Origin: Isurus oxyrinchus
Taxonomy: Eukaryota
Length of the DNA: 64,000 nucleotides
Assembly (NCBI GenBank): GCA_026770705.1
Contig: JANJGN010000163.1
Span: 248,001-312,000, forward strand
Direction of reading: 5' to 3'
Under the pieces are notes generated by a model that saw only the letters and a program-made list of their open reading frames with translations, did not search any database and was not told the origin of the DNA. The first letter of the stretch is position 1, and every line of letters begins with the position of its first letter. The translations under genes were made by a program, and so were the position numbers. Positions 1 through 15,000 of the stretch are shown here, piece after piece.

Positions 1-3000
1 GGGATGTCAACCTGGAATTGACAATCTAATTAGATATCAGACTTGGGATGTCAACCTGGAATTGAGAATCTAATTAGATATCAGTCTTGGGATGTCAACT
101 TTGAATTGACAATCTAATTTGATATCAAACTTGGGATGTCAACCTGGAATTGACGATCTAATTAGATATCAGACTTGGGATGTCAACCTGGAATTGACAA
201 TCTAATTAGATATCACACTTGGGATGTCAACCTGGATTTGACAATCTAATTAGATATCAGACTTGGGATGTCAACCTGGAATTGACAATCTAATTAGATA
301 TCAGACTTGGGATGTCAACCTGGAATTGACAATCTCATTAGATATCAGACTTGGGATGTCAACCTGGAATTGACAATCTAATTAGATATCAGACTTGGGA
401 TGTCAACTTGGAATTGACAATCTAATTAGCTATCAAACTTGGGATGTCAACCTGGAATTGACAATCTAATTAGATATCAGACTTGGGATGTCAATCTGGA
501 ATTGACAATCTAATTAGATATCAGACTTGGAGTGACAACTTGGAATTGACAATCTAATTAGATATCACACTTGGGATGTCAACCTGGATTTGACAATCTA
601 ATTAGATATCAGACTTGGGATGTCAACCTGGAATTGACAATCTCATTAGATATCAAACTTGGGATGTCAACCTGGAATTGACAATCTAATTAGATATCAG
701 ACTTGGGATGTCAACCTGGAATTGACAATCTAATTAGATATCAGACTTGGGATGTCAACCAGGAATTGACAATCTAATTAGATATCAGACTTGGGATGTC
801 AACCTGGAATTGACAATCTAATTAGATATCAGACTTGGGATGTCAACCTGGAATTGACAATCTAATTAGATATCAAACTTGGGATGTCAACCTGGAATTG
901 ACGATCTAATTAGATATCAGACTTGGGATGTCAACCTGGAATTGACAATCTAATTAGATATCAGACTTGGGATGTCAACCTGGATTTGACAATCTAATTA
1001 GATATCAGACTTGGGATGTCAACCTGGAATTGACAATCTCATTAGATATCAGACTTGGGATGTCAACCTGGAATTGACAATCTCATTAGATATCAGACTT
1101 GGGATGTCAACCTGGAATTGACAATCTAATTAGATATCAGACTTGGGATGTCAACTTGGAATTGACAATCTAATTAGATATCAAACTTGGGATGTCAACC
1201 TGGAATTGACAATCTAATTAGATATCAGACTTGGGATGTCAATCTGGAATTGACAATCTAATTAGATATCAAACTTGGGATGTCAACCTGGAATTGACAA
1301 TCTAATTAGATATCAAACTTGGGATGTCAACTTGGAATTGACAATCTAATTAGATATCAGACTTGGGATGTCAACCTGGAATTGACAATCTAATTAGATA
1401 TCAAAATTGGGATGTCAACCTAGAATTGACATTCTAATTAGATATCAGACTTGGGATGTCAACCTGGAATTGACAATCTAATTAGATATCACACTTGGGA
1501 TATCAACCTGGAATTGAAAATCTAATTAGATATCAGACTTGGGATGTCAACCTGGAATTGACAATCTAATTAGATATCAGACTTGGGATGTCAACCTGGA
1601 ATTGACAATCTCATTAGATATCAGACTTGGGATGTCAACCTGGAATTGACAATCTAATTAGATAGCAAACTTGGGATGTCAACCTGGAATTGACAATCTA
1701 ATTAGATATCAGACTTGGGATGTCAACCTGGAATTGACAATCTAATTAGATATCACACTTGGGATGTCAACCTGGATTTGACAATCTAATTAGATATCAG
1801 ACTTGGGATGTCAACCTGGAATTGACAATCTAATTAGATATCAGACTTGGGATGTCAACCTGGAATTGACAATCTCATTAGATATCAGACTTGGGATGTC
1901 AACCTGGAATTGACAATCTAATTAGATATCAGACTTGGGATGTCAACTTGGAATTGACAATCTAATTAGATATCAAACTTGGGATGTCAACCTGGAATTG
2001 ACAATCTAATTAGATATCAGACTTGGGATGTCAATCTGGAATTGACAATCTAATTAGATATCAGACTTGGGGTGTCAACTTGGAATTGACAATCTAATTA
2101 GATATCAAACTTGGGATGTCAACCTGGAATTGACAATCTAATTCGATATCAAACTTGGGATGTCAACTTGGAATTGACAATCTAATTAGATATCAAACTT
2201 GGGATGTCAACCTTGAATTGACAATCTAATTAGATATCAAACTTGGGATGTCAACCTGGAATTGACAATCTAATTAGATATCAGACTTGGGATGTCAACC
2301 TGGAATTGACAATCTAATTAGATATCAAAATTGGGATGTCAACCTAGAATTGACAATCTAATTAGATATCAGACTTGGGATGTCAACCTGGAATTGACAA
2401 TCTAATTAGATATCACTCTTGGGATATCAACCTGGAATTGACAATCTAATTAGATATCAGACTTGGGATGTCAACCTGGAATTGACAATCTAATTAGATA
2501 TAAGACTTGGGATGTCAACTTGGAATTGACAATCTAATTAGATATCAGACTTGGGATGTCAATGTGGAATTGACAATCTAATTAGATATCAGACTTGGGA
2601 TGTCAACTTGGAATTGACAATCTAATTAGATATCAGACTTGGGATGTCAACCTGGAATTGACAATCTAATTAGATATCAGACTTGGGATGTCAACTTGGA
2701 ATTGACAAACTAATTAGATATCACTCCTGGGATGTCAACCTGGATTTGACAATCTAATTAGATATCAGACTTGGGATGTCAACTTGGAATTGACAATCTA
2801 ATTAGATATCAGACTTGGGATGTCAACCTGGAATTGACAATCTAATTAGAAATCAGACTTGGGATGTCGACTTGGAATTGACAATCGAATTAGATATCAG
2901 ACTTGGGATGTCAATCTGGAATTGACAATCTAATTAGATATCAGACTTGGGATGTCAACCAGCTATTGACAATCTAATTAGATATCAGACTTGGGATGTC

Positions 3001-6000
3001 AACTTGGAATTGACAATCTAATTAGATATCAAACTTGGGATGTCAACCTGGAATTGACAATCTAATTAGATATCAAACTTGGGATGTCAACTTGGAATTG
3101 ACAATCTAATTAGATATCAGACTTGGGATGTCAACCTGGAATTGACAATCTAATTAGATATCAAAATTGGGATGTCAACCTAGAATTGACAATCTAATTA
3201 GATATCAGACTTGGGATGTCAACCTGGAATTGACAATCTAATTAGATATCACACTTGGGATATCAACCTGGAATTGACAATCTAATTAGATATCAGACTT
3301 GGGATTTCAACCTGGAATTGACAATCTAATTAGATATCAGACTTGGGATGTCAACCTGGAATTGACAATCTCATTAGATATCAGACTTGGGATGTCAAAC
3401 TGGAATTGACAATCTAATTAGATATCAGACTTGGGATGTCAACCTGGAATTGACAATCTAATTAGATATCAGACTTGGGATGTCAACTTGGAATTGACAA
3501 TCTAATTAGATATCAGACTTGGCATGTCAACCTGGAATTGACGATCTAATTAGATATCAGACTTGGGATGTCAACCTGGAATTGACAATCTAATTAGATA
3601 TCACACTTGGGATGTCAACCTGGATTTGACAATCTAATTAGATATCAGACTTGGGATGTCAAACTGGAATTGACAATCTAATTAGATATCAGACTTGGGA
3701 TGTCAACCTGGAATTGACAATCTCATTTGATATCAGACTTGGGATGTCAACCTGGAATTGACAATCTAATTAGATATCAGACTTGGGATGTCAACTTGGA
3801 ATTGACAATCTAATTAGCTATCAAACTTGGGATGTCAACCTGGAATTGACAATCTAATTAGATATCAGACTTGGGATGTCAATCTGGAATTGACAATCTA
3901 ATTAGATATCAGACTTGGAGTGTCAACTTGGAATTGACAATCTAATTAGATATCACACTTGTGATGTCAACCTGGATTTGACAATCTAATTAGATATCAG
4001 ACTTGGGATGTCAACCTGGAATTGACAATCTCATTAGATATCAAACTTGGGATGTCAACCTGGAATTGACAATCTAATTAGATATCAGACTTGGGATGTC
4101 AACCTGGAATTGACAATCTAATTAGATATCAGACTTGGGATGTCAACCAGGAATTGACAATCTAATTAGATATCAGACTTGGGATGTCAACCTGGAATTG
4201 ACAATCTAATTAGATATCAGACTTGGGATGTCAACCTGGAATTGACAATCTAATTAGATATCAAACTTGGGATGTCAACCTGGAATTGACGATCGAATTA
4301 GATATCAGACTTGGGATGTCAACCTGGAATTGACAATCTCATTAGATATCAGACTTGGGATGTCAACCTGGAATTGACAATCTAATTAGATATCAGACTT
4401 GGGATGTCAACTTGGAATTGACAATCTAATTAGATATCAAACTTGGGATGTCAACCTGGAATTGACAGTCTAATTAGATATCAGACTTGGGATGTCAATC
4501 TGGAATTGACAATCTAATTAGATATCAAACTTGGGATGTCAACCTGGAATTGACAATCTAATTAGATATCAAACTTGGGATGTCAACTTGGAATTGACAA
4601 TCTAATTAGATATCAGACTTGGGATGTCAACCTGGAATTGACAATCTAATTAGATATCAAAATTGGGATGTCAACCTAGAATTGACATTCTAATTAGATA
4701 TCAGACTTGGGATGTCAACCTGGAATTGACAATCTAATTAGATATCACACTTGGGATATCAACCTGGAATTGAAAATCTAATTAGATATCAGACTTGGGA
4801 TGTCAACCTGGAATTGACAATCTAATTAGATATCAGACTTGGGATGTCAACCTGGAATTGACAATCTCATTAGATATCAGACTTGGGATGTCAACCTGGA
4901 ATTGACAATCTAATTAGATATCAAACTTGGGATGTCAACCTGGAATTAACAATCTAATTAGATATCAGACTTGGGATGTCAACCTGGAATTGACAATCTA
5001 ATTAGATATCACACTTGGGATGTCAACCTGGATTTGACAATCTAATTAGATATCAGACTTGGGATGTCAACCTGGAATTGACAATCTAATTAGATATCAG
5101 ACTTGGGATGTCAACCTGGAATTGACAATCTCATTAGATATCAGACTTGGGATGTCAACCTGGAATTGACAATCTAATTAGATATCAGACTTGGGATGTC
5201 AACTTGGAATTGACAATCTAATTAGATATCAAACTTGGGATGTCAACCTGGAATTGACAATCTAATTAGATATCAGACTTGGGATGTCAATCTGGAATTG
5301 ACAATCTAATTAGATATCAGACTTGGGGTGTCAACTTGGAATTGACAATCTAATTAGATATCAAACTTGGGATGTCAACCTGGAATTGACAATCTAATTC
5401 GATATCAAACTTGGGATGTCAACTTGGAATTGACAATCTAATTAGATATCAAACTTGGGATGTCAACCTTGAATTGACAATCTAATTAGATATCAAACTT
5501 GGGATGTCAACCTGGAATTGACAATCTAATTAGATATCAGACTTGGGATGTCAACCTGGAATTGACAATCTAATTAGATATCAAAATTGGGATGTCAACC
5601 TAGAATTGACAATCTAATTAGATATCAGACTTGGGATGTCAACCTGGAATTGACAATCTAATTAGATATCACTCTTGGGATATCAACCTGGAATTGACAA
5701 TCTAATTAGATATCAGACTTGGGATGTCAACCTGGAATTGACAATCTAATTAGATATCAGACTTGGGATCTCAACCTGGAATTGACAATCTAATTAGAAA
5801 TCAGACTTGGGATGTCAACTTGGAATTGACAATCTAATTAGATATCAGACTTGGGATGTCAATGTGGAATTGACAATCTAATTAGATATCAGACTTGGGA
5901 TGTCAACCTGGAATTGACAATCTAATTAGATATCACTCTTGGGATATCAACCTGGAATTGACAATCTAATTAGATATCAGACTTGGGATGTCAACCTGGA

Positions 6001-9000
6001 ATTGACAATCTAATTAGATATCAGACTTGGGATCTCAACCTGGAATTGACAATCTAATTAGAAATCAGACTTGGGATGTCAACTTGGAATTGACAATCTA
6101 ATTAGATATCAGACTTGGGATGTCAATGTGGAATTGACAATCTAATTAGATATCAGACTTGGGATGTCAACTTGGAATTGACAATCTAATTAGATATCAG
6201 ACTTGGGATGTCAACCTGGAATTGACAATCTAATTAGATATCAGACTTGGGATGTCAACTTGGAATTGACAAACTAATTAGATATCACTCCTGGGATGTC
6301 AACCTGGATTTGACAATCTAATTAGATATCAGACTTGGGATGTCAACTTGGAATTGACAATCTAATTAGATATCAGACTTGGGATGTCAACCTGGAATTG
6401 ACAATCTAATTAGAAATCAGACTTGGGATGTCGACTTGGAATTGACAATCGAATTAGATATCAGACTTGGGATGTCAATCTGGAATTGACAATCTAATTA
6501 GATATCAGACTTGGGATGTCAACCAGCTATTGACAATCTAATTAGATATCAGACTTGGGATGTCAACTTGGAATTGACAATCTAATTAGATATCAAACTT
6601 GGGATGTCAACCTGGAATTGACAATCTAATTAGATATCAAACTTGGGATGTCAACTTGGAATTGACAATCTAATTAGATATCAGACTTGGGATGTCAACC
6701 TGGAATTGACAATCTAATTAGATATCAAAATTGGGATGTCAACCTAGAATTGACAATCTAATTAGATATCAGACTTGGGATGTCAACCTGGAATTGACAA
6801 TCTAATTAGATATCACACTTGGGATATCAACCTGGAATTGACAATCTAATTAGATATCAGACTTGGGATTTCAACCTGGAATTGACAATCTAATTAGATA
6901 TCAGACTTGGGATGTCAACCTGGAATTGACAATCTCATTAGATATCAGACTTGGGATGTCAAACTGGAATTGACAATCTAATTAGATATCAGACTTGGGA
7001 TGTCAACCTGGAATTGACAATCTAATTAGATATCAGACTTGGGATGTCAACTTGGAATTGACAATCTAATTAGATATCAGACTTGGCATGTCAACCTGGA
7101 ATTGACGATCTAATTAGATATCAGACTTGGGATGTCAACCTGGAATTGACAATCTAATTAGATATCACACTTGGGATGTCAACCTGGATTTGACAATCTA
7201 ATTAGATATCAGACTTGGGATGTCAAACTGGAATTGACAATCTAATTAGATATCAGACTTGGGATGTCAACCTGGAATTGACAATCTCATTTGATATCAG
7301 ACTTGGGATGTCAACCTGGAATTGACAATCTAATTAGATATCAGACTTGGGATGTCAACTTGGAATTGACAATCTAATTAGCTATCAAACTTGGGATGTC
7401 AACCTGGAATTGACAATCTAATTAGATATCAGACTTGGGATGTCAATCTGGAATTGACAATCTAATTAGATATCAGACTTGGAGTGTCAACTTGGAATTG
7501 ACAATCTAATTAGATATCACACTTGGGATGTCAACCTGGATTTGACAATCTAATTAGATATCAGACTTGGGATGTCAACCTGGAATTGACAATCTCATTA
7601 GATATCAAACTTGGGATGTCAACCTGGAATTGACAATCTAATTAGATATCAGACTTGGGATGTCAACCTGGAATTGACAATCTAATTAGATATCAGACTT
7701 GGGATGTCAACCAGGAATTGACAATCTAATTAGATATCAGACTTGGGATGTCAACCTGGAATTGACAATCTAATTAGATATCAGACTTGGGATGTCAACC
7801 TGGAATTGACAATCTAATTAGATATCAAACTTGGGATGTCAACCTGGAATTGACGATCGAATTAGATATCACACTTGGGATGTCAACCTGGAATTGACAA
7901 TCTAATTAGATATCAGACTTGGGATGTCAACCTGGATTTGACAATCTAATTAGATATCAGACTTGGGATGTCAACCTGGAATTGACAATCTCATTAGATA
8001 TCAGACTTGGGATGTCAACCTGGAATTGACAATCTCATTAGATATCAGACTTGGGATGTCAACCTGGAATTGACAATCTAATTAGATATCAGACTTGGGA
8101 TGTCAACTTGGAATTGACAATCTAATTAGATATCAAACTTGGGATGTCAACCTGGAATTGACAGTCTAATTAGATATCAGACTTGGGATGTCAATCTGGA
8201 ATTGACAATCTAATTAGATATCAAACTTGGGATGTCAACCTGGAATTGACAATCTAATTAGATATCAAACTTGGGATGTCAACTTGGAATTGACAATCTA
8301 ATTAGATATCAGACTTGGGATGTCAACCTGGAATTGACAATCTAATTAGATATCAAAATTGGGATGTCAACCTAGAATTGACATTCTAATTAGATATCAG
8401 ACTTGGGATGTCAACCTGGAATTGACAATCTAATTAGATATCACACTTGGGATATCAACCTGTAATTGAAAATCTAATTAGATATCAGACTTGGGATGTC
8501 AACCTGGAATTGACAATCTAATTAGATATCAGACTTGGGATGTCAACCTGGAATTGACAATCTCATTAGATATCAGACTTGGGATGTCAACCTGGAATTG
8601 ACAATCTAATTAGATATCAAACTTGGGATGTCAACCTGGAATTAACAATCTAATTAGATATCAGACTTGGGATGTCAACCTGGAATTGACAATCTAATTA
8701 GATATCACACTTGGGATGTCAACCTGGATTTGACAATCTAATTAGATATCAGACTTGGGATGTCAACCTGGAATTGACAATCTAATTAGATATCAGACTT
8801 GGGATGTCAACCTGGAATTGACAATCTCATTAGATATCAGACTTGGGATGTCAACCTGGAATTGACAATCTAATTAGATATCAGACTTGGGATGTCAACT
8901 TGGAATTGACAATCTAATTAGATATCAAACTTGGGATGTCAACCTGGAATTGACAATCTAATTAGATATCAGACTTGGGATGTCAATCTGGAATTGACAA

Positions 9001-12000
9001 TCTAATTAGATATCAGACTTGGGGTGTCAACTTGGAATTGACAATCTAATTAGATATCAAACTTGGGATGTCAACCTGGAATTGACAATCTAATTCGATA
9101 TCAAACTTGGGATGTCAACTTGGAATTGACAATCTAATTAGATATCAAACTTGGGATGTCAACCTTGAATTGACAATCTAATTAGATATCAAACTTGGGA
9201 TGTCAACCTGGAATTGACAATCTAATTAGATATCAGACTTGGGATGTCAACCTGGAATTGACAATCTAATTAGATATCAAAATTGGGATGTCAACCTAGA
9301 ATTGACAATCTAATTAGATATCAGACTTGGGATGTCAACCTGGAATTGACAATCTAATTAGATATCACTCTTGGGATATCAACCTGGAATTGACAATCTA
9401 ATTAGATATCAGACTTGGGATGTCAACCTGGAATTGACAATCTAATTAGATATCAGACTTGGGATCTCAACCTGGAATTGACAATCTAATTAGAAATCAG
9501 ACTTGGGATGTCAACTTGGAATTGACAATCTAATTAGATATCAGACTTGGGATGTCAATGTGGAATTGACAATCTAATTAGATATCAGACTTGGGATGTC
9601 AACTTGGAATTGACAATCTAATTAGATATCAGACTTGGGATGTCAACCTGGAATTGACAATCTAATTAGATATCAGACTTGGGATGTCAACTTGGAATTG
9701 ACAAACTAATTAGATATCACTCCTGGGATGTCAACCTGGATTTGACAATCTAATTAGATATCAGACTTGGGATGTCAACTTGGAATTGACAATCTAATTA
9801 GATATCAGACTTGGGATGTCAACCTGGAATTTACAATCTAATTAGAAATCAGACTTGGGATGTCGACTTGGAATTGACAATCGAATTAGATATCAGACTT
9901 GGGATGTCAATCTGGAATTGACAATCTAATTAGATATCAGACTTGGGATGTCAACCAGCTATTGACAATCTAATTAGATATCAGACTTGGGATGTCAACT
10001 TGGAATTGACAATCTAATTAGATATCAAACTTGGGATGTCAACCTGGAATTGACAATCTAATTAGATATCAAACTTGGGATGTCAACTTGGAATTGACAA
10101 TCTAATTAGATATCAGACTTGGGATGTCAACCTGGAATTGACAATCTAATTAGATATCAAAATTGGGATGTCAACCTAGAATTGACAATCTAATTAGATA
10201 TCAGACTTGGGATGTCAACCTGGAATTGACAATCTAATTAGATATCACACTTGGGATATCAACCTGGAATTGACAATCTAATTAGATATCAGACTTGGGA
10301 TTTCAACCTGGAATTGACAATCTAATTAGATATCAGACTTGGGATGTCAACCTGGAATTGACAATCTCATTAGATATCAGACTTGGGATGTCAACCTGGA
10401 ATTGACAATCTAATTAGATATCAGACTTGGGATGTCAACCTGGAATTGACAATCTAATTAGATATCAGACTTGGGATGTCAACTTGGAATTGACAATCTA
10501 ATTAGATATCAGACTTGGCATGTCAACCTGGAATTGACAATCTAATTAGATATCAGACTTGGGATGTCAACCTGGAATTGACAATCTCATTAGATATCAG
10601 ACTTGGGATGTCAACCTGGAATTGACAATCTAATTAGATATCAGACTTGGGATGTCAACCTGGAATTGACAATCTAATTAGATATCAGACTTGGGATGTC
10701 AACTTGGAATTGACAATCTAATTAGAAGTCAGACTTGGGATGTCAACTTGGAATTGACAATCTCATTAGATATCAGACTTGGGATGTCAACCTGGAATTG
10801 ACAATCTAATTAGATATCAGACTTGGGATGTCAACTTGGAAGTGACAATCTAATTAGATATCAGACTTGGGATGTCAACCTGGAATTGACAATCTAATTA
10901 GATATCAGACTTGGGATGTCAACTTGGAATTGACAATCTAATTAGATATCACACTTGGGATGTCAACCTGGATTTGACAATCTAATTAGATATCAGACTT
11001 GGGATGTCAACCTGGAATTGACAATCTAATTAGATATCAGACTTGGGATGTCAACCTGGAATTCACAATCTAATTAGATATCAGACTTGGGATGTCAACC
11101 TGGAATTGACAATCTAATTAGAAATCAGACTTGGGATGTCGACTTGGAATTGACAATCTAATTAGATATCAGACTTGGGATGTCAATCTGGAATTGACAA
11201 TCTAATTAGATATCAGACTTGGGATGTCAACCTGCTATTGAAAATCTAATTAGATATCAGACTTGGGATGTCAACTTGGAATTGACAATCTAATTAGATA
11301 TCAAACTTGGGATGTCAACCTGGAATTGACAATCTAATTAGATATCAAACTTGGGATGTCAACTTGGAATTGACAATCTAATTAGATATCAGACTTGGGA
11401 TGTCAACTTGGAATTGACAATCTAATTAGATATCACACTTGGGATGTCAACCTGGATTTGACAATCTAATTAGATATCAGACTTGGGATGTCAACTTGGA
11501 ATTGACAATCTAATTAGATATCACACTTGGGATGTCAACCTGGATTTGACAATCTAATTAGATATCAGACTTGGGATGTCAACCTGGAATTGACAATCTA
11601 ATTAGATATCAAACTTGGGATGTCAACCTGGAATTGACAATCTAATTAAATATCAGACTTGGGATGTTAACCTGGAATTGACAATATAATTAGATATCAC
11701 ACTTGGGATGTCAACCTGGATTTGACAATCTAATTAGATATCAGACTTGGGATGTCAACCTGGAATTGACAATCTAATTAGATATCAGACTTGGGATGTC
11801 AACCTGGAATTGACAATCTCATTAGATATCAGACTTGGGATGTCAACCTGGAATTGACAATCTAATTAGATATCAGACTTGGGATGTCAACTTGGAATTG
11901 ACAATCTAATTAGATATCAAACTTGGGATGTCAACCTGGAAATGACAATCTAATTAGATATCAGACTTGGGATGTCAATCTGGAATTGACAATCTAATTA

Positions 12001-15000
12001 GATATCAGACTTGGGGTGTCAACTTGGAATTGACAATCTAATTAGATATCAAACTTGGGATGTCAACCTGGAATTGACAATCTAATTAGATATCAAACTT
12101 GGGATGTCAACTTGGAATTGACAATCTAATTAGATATCAAACTTGGGCTGTCAACCTGGAATTGACAATCTAATTAGATATCAAACTTGGGATGTCAACC
12201 TGGAATTGACAATCTAATTAGATATCAGACTTGGGATGTCAACCTGGAATTGACAATCTAATTAGATATCAAAATTGGGATGTCAACCTAGAATTGACAA
12301 TCTAATTAGATATCAGACTTGGGATGTCAACCTGGAATTGACAATCTAATTAGATATCAGACTTGGGATATCAACCTGGAACTGACAATCTAATTAGATA
12401 TCAGACTTGGGATGTCAACCTGGAATTGACAATCTAATTAGATATCAGACTTGGGATGTCAACCTGGAATTGACAATCTCATTAGATATCAGACTTGGGA
12501 TGTCAACCTGGAATTGACAATCTAATTAGATATCAGACTTGGGATGTCAACCTGGAATTGACAATCTAATTAAATATCAGACTTGGGATGTTAACCTGGA
12601 ATTGACAATATAATTAGATATCACACTTGGGATGTCAACCTGGATTTGACAATCTAATTAGATATCAGACTTGGGATGTCAACCTGGAATTGACAATCTA
12701 ATTAGATATCAGACTTGGGATGTCAACCTGGAATTGACAATCTCATTAGATATCAGACTTGGGATGTCAACCTGGAATTGACAATCTAATTAGATATCAG
12801 ACTTGGGATGTCAACTTGGAATTGACAATCTAATTAGATATCAAACTTGGGATGTCAACCTGGAAATGACAATCTAATTAGATATCAGACTTGGGATGTC
12901 AATCTGGAATTGACAATCTAATTAGATATCAGACTTGGGGTGTCAACTTGGAATTGACAATCTAATTAGATATCAAACTTGGGATGTCAACCTGGAATTG
13001 ACAATCTAATTAGATATCAAACTTGGGATGTCAACTTGGAATTGACAATCTAATTAGATATCAAACTTGGGCTGTCAACCTGGAATTGACAATCTAATTA
13101 GATATCAAACTTGGGATGTCAACCTGGAATTGACAATCTAATTAGATATCAGACTTGGGATGTCAACCTGGAATTGACAATCTAATTAGATATCAAAATT
13201 GGGATGTCAACCTAGAATTGACAATCTAATTAGATATCAGACTTGGGATGTCAACCTGGAATTGACAATCTAATTAGATATCAGACTTGGGATATCAACC
13301 TGGAACTGACAATCTAATTAGATATCAGACTTGGGATGTCAACCTGGAATTGACAATCTAATTAGATATCAGACTTGGGATGTCAACCTGGAATTGACAA
13401 TCTCATTAGATATCAGACTTGGGATGTCAACCTGGAATTGACAATCTAATTAGATATCAGACTTGGGATGTCAACCTGGAATTGACAATCTAATTAGATA
13501 TCAGACTTGGGATGTCAACTTGGAATTGACAATCTAATTAGATATCAGACTTGGCATGTCAACCTGGAATTGACAATCTAATTAGAAATCAGACTTGGGA
13601 TGTCAACTTGGAATTGACAATCTAATTAGATATCAGACTTGGGATGTCAACCTGGAATTGACAATCTAATTAGATATCAGACTTGGGATGTCAACTTGGA
13701 ATTGACAATCTAATTAGATATCAGACTTGGGATGTCAACCTGGAATTGACAATCTAATTAGATATCAGACTTGGGATGTCAACTTGGAATTGACAATCTA
13801 ATTAGATATCACACTTGGGATGTCAACCTGGATTTGACAATCTAATTAGATATCAGACTTGGGATGTCAACTTGGAATTGACAATCTAATTAGATATCAG
13901 ACTTGGGATGTCAACCTGGAATTGACAATCTAATTAGAAATCAGACTTGGGATGTCGACTTGGAATTGACAATCTAATTAGATATCAGACTTGGGATGTC
14001 AATCTGGAATTGACAATCTAATTAGATATCAGACTTGGGATGTCAACCTGCTATTGACAATCTAATTAGATATCAGACTTGGGATGTCAAGTTGGAATTG
14101 ACAATCTAATTAGATATCAAACTTGGGATGTCAACCTGGAATTGACAATCTAATTAGATATCAAAATTGGGATGTCAACTTGGAATTGACAATCTAATTA
14201 GATATCAGACTTGGGATGTCAACCTGGAATTGACAATCTAATTAGATATCAAACTTGGGATGTCAACCTGGAATTGACAATCTAATTAGATATCAGACTT
14301 GGGATGTCAACCTGGAATTGACAATCTAATTAGATATCAGACTTGGGATGTCAACCTGGAATTGACAATCTAATTAGATATCAAACTTGGGATGTCAACC
14401 TAGAATTGACAATCTAATTAGATATCAGACTTGGGATGTCAACCTAGAATTGACAATCTAATTAGATAACAGACTTGGGATGTCAACCTGGAATTGACAA
14501 TCTAATTAGATATCACACTTGGGATGTCAACCTGGATTTGACAATCTAATTAGATATCAGACTTGGGATGTCAACCTGGAATTGACAATCTAATTAGATA
14601 TCAGACTTGGGATGTCAACCTGGAATTGACAATCTCATTAGATATCACACTTGGGATATCAACCTGGAATTGAAAATCTAATTAGATATCAGACTTGGGA
14701 TGTCAACCTGGAATTGACAATCTAATTAGATATCAGACTTGGGATGTCAACCTGGAATTGACAATCTCATTAGATATCAAACTTGGGATGTCAACCTGGA
14801 ATTGACGATCTAATTAGATATCAGACTTGGGATGTCAACCTGGAATTGACGATCTAATTAGATATCAGACTTGGGATGTCAACCTGGAATTGACAATCTA
14901 ATTAGATGTCACACTTGGGATGTCAACCTGGATTTGACAATCTAATTAGATATCAGACTTGGGATGTCAACCTGGAATTGACAATCTAATTAGATATCAG

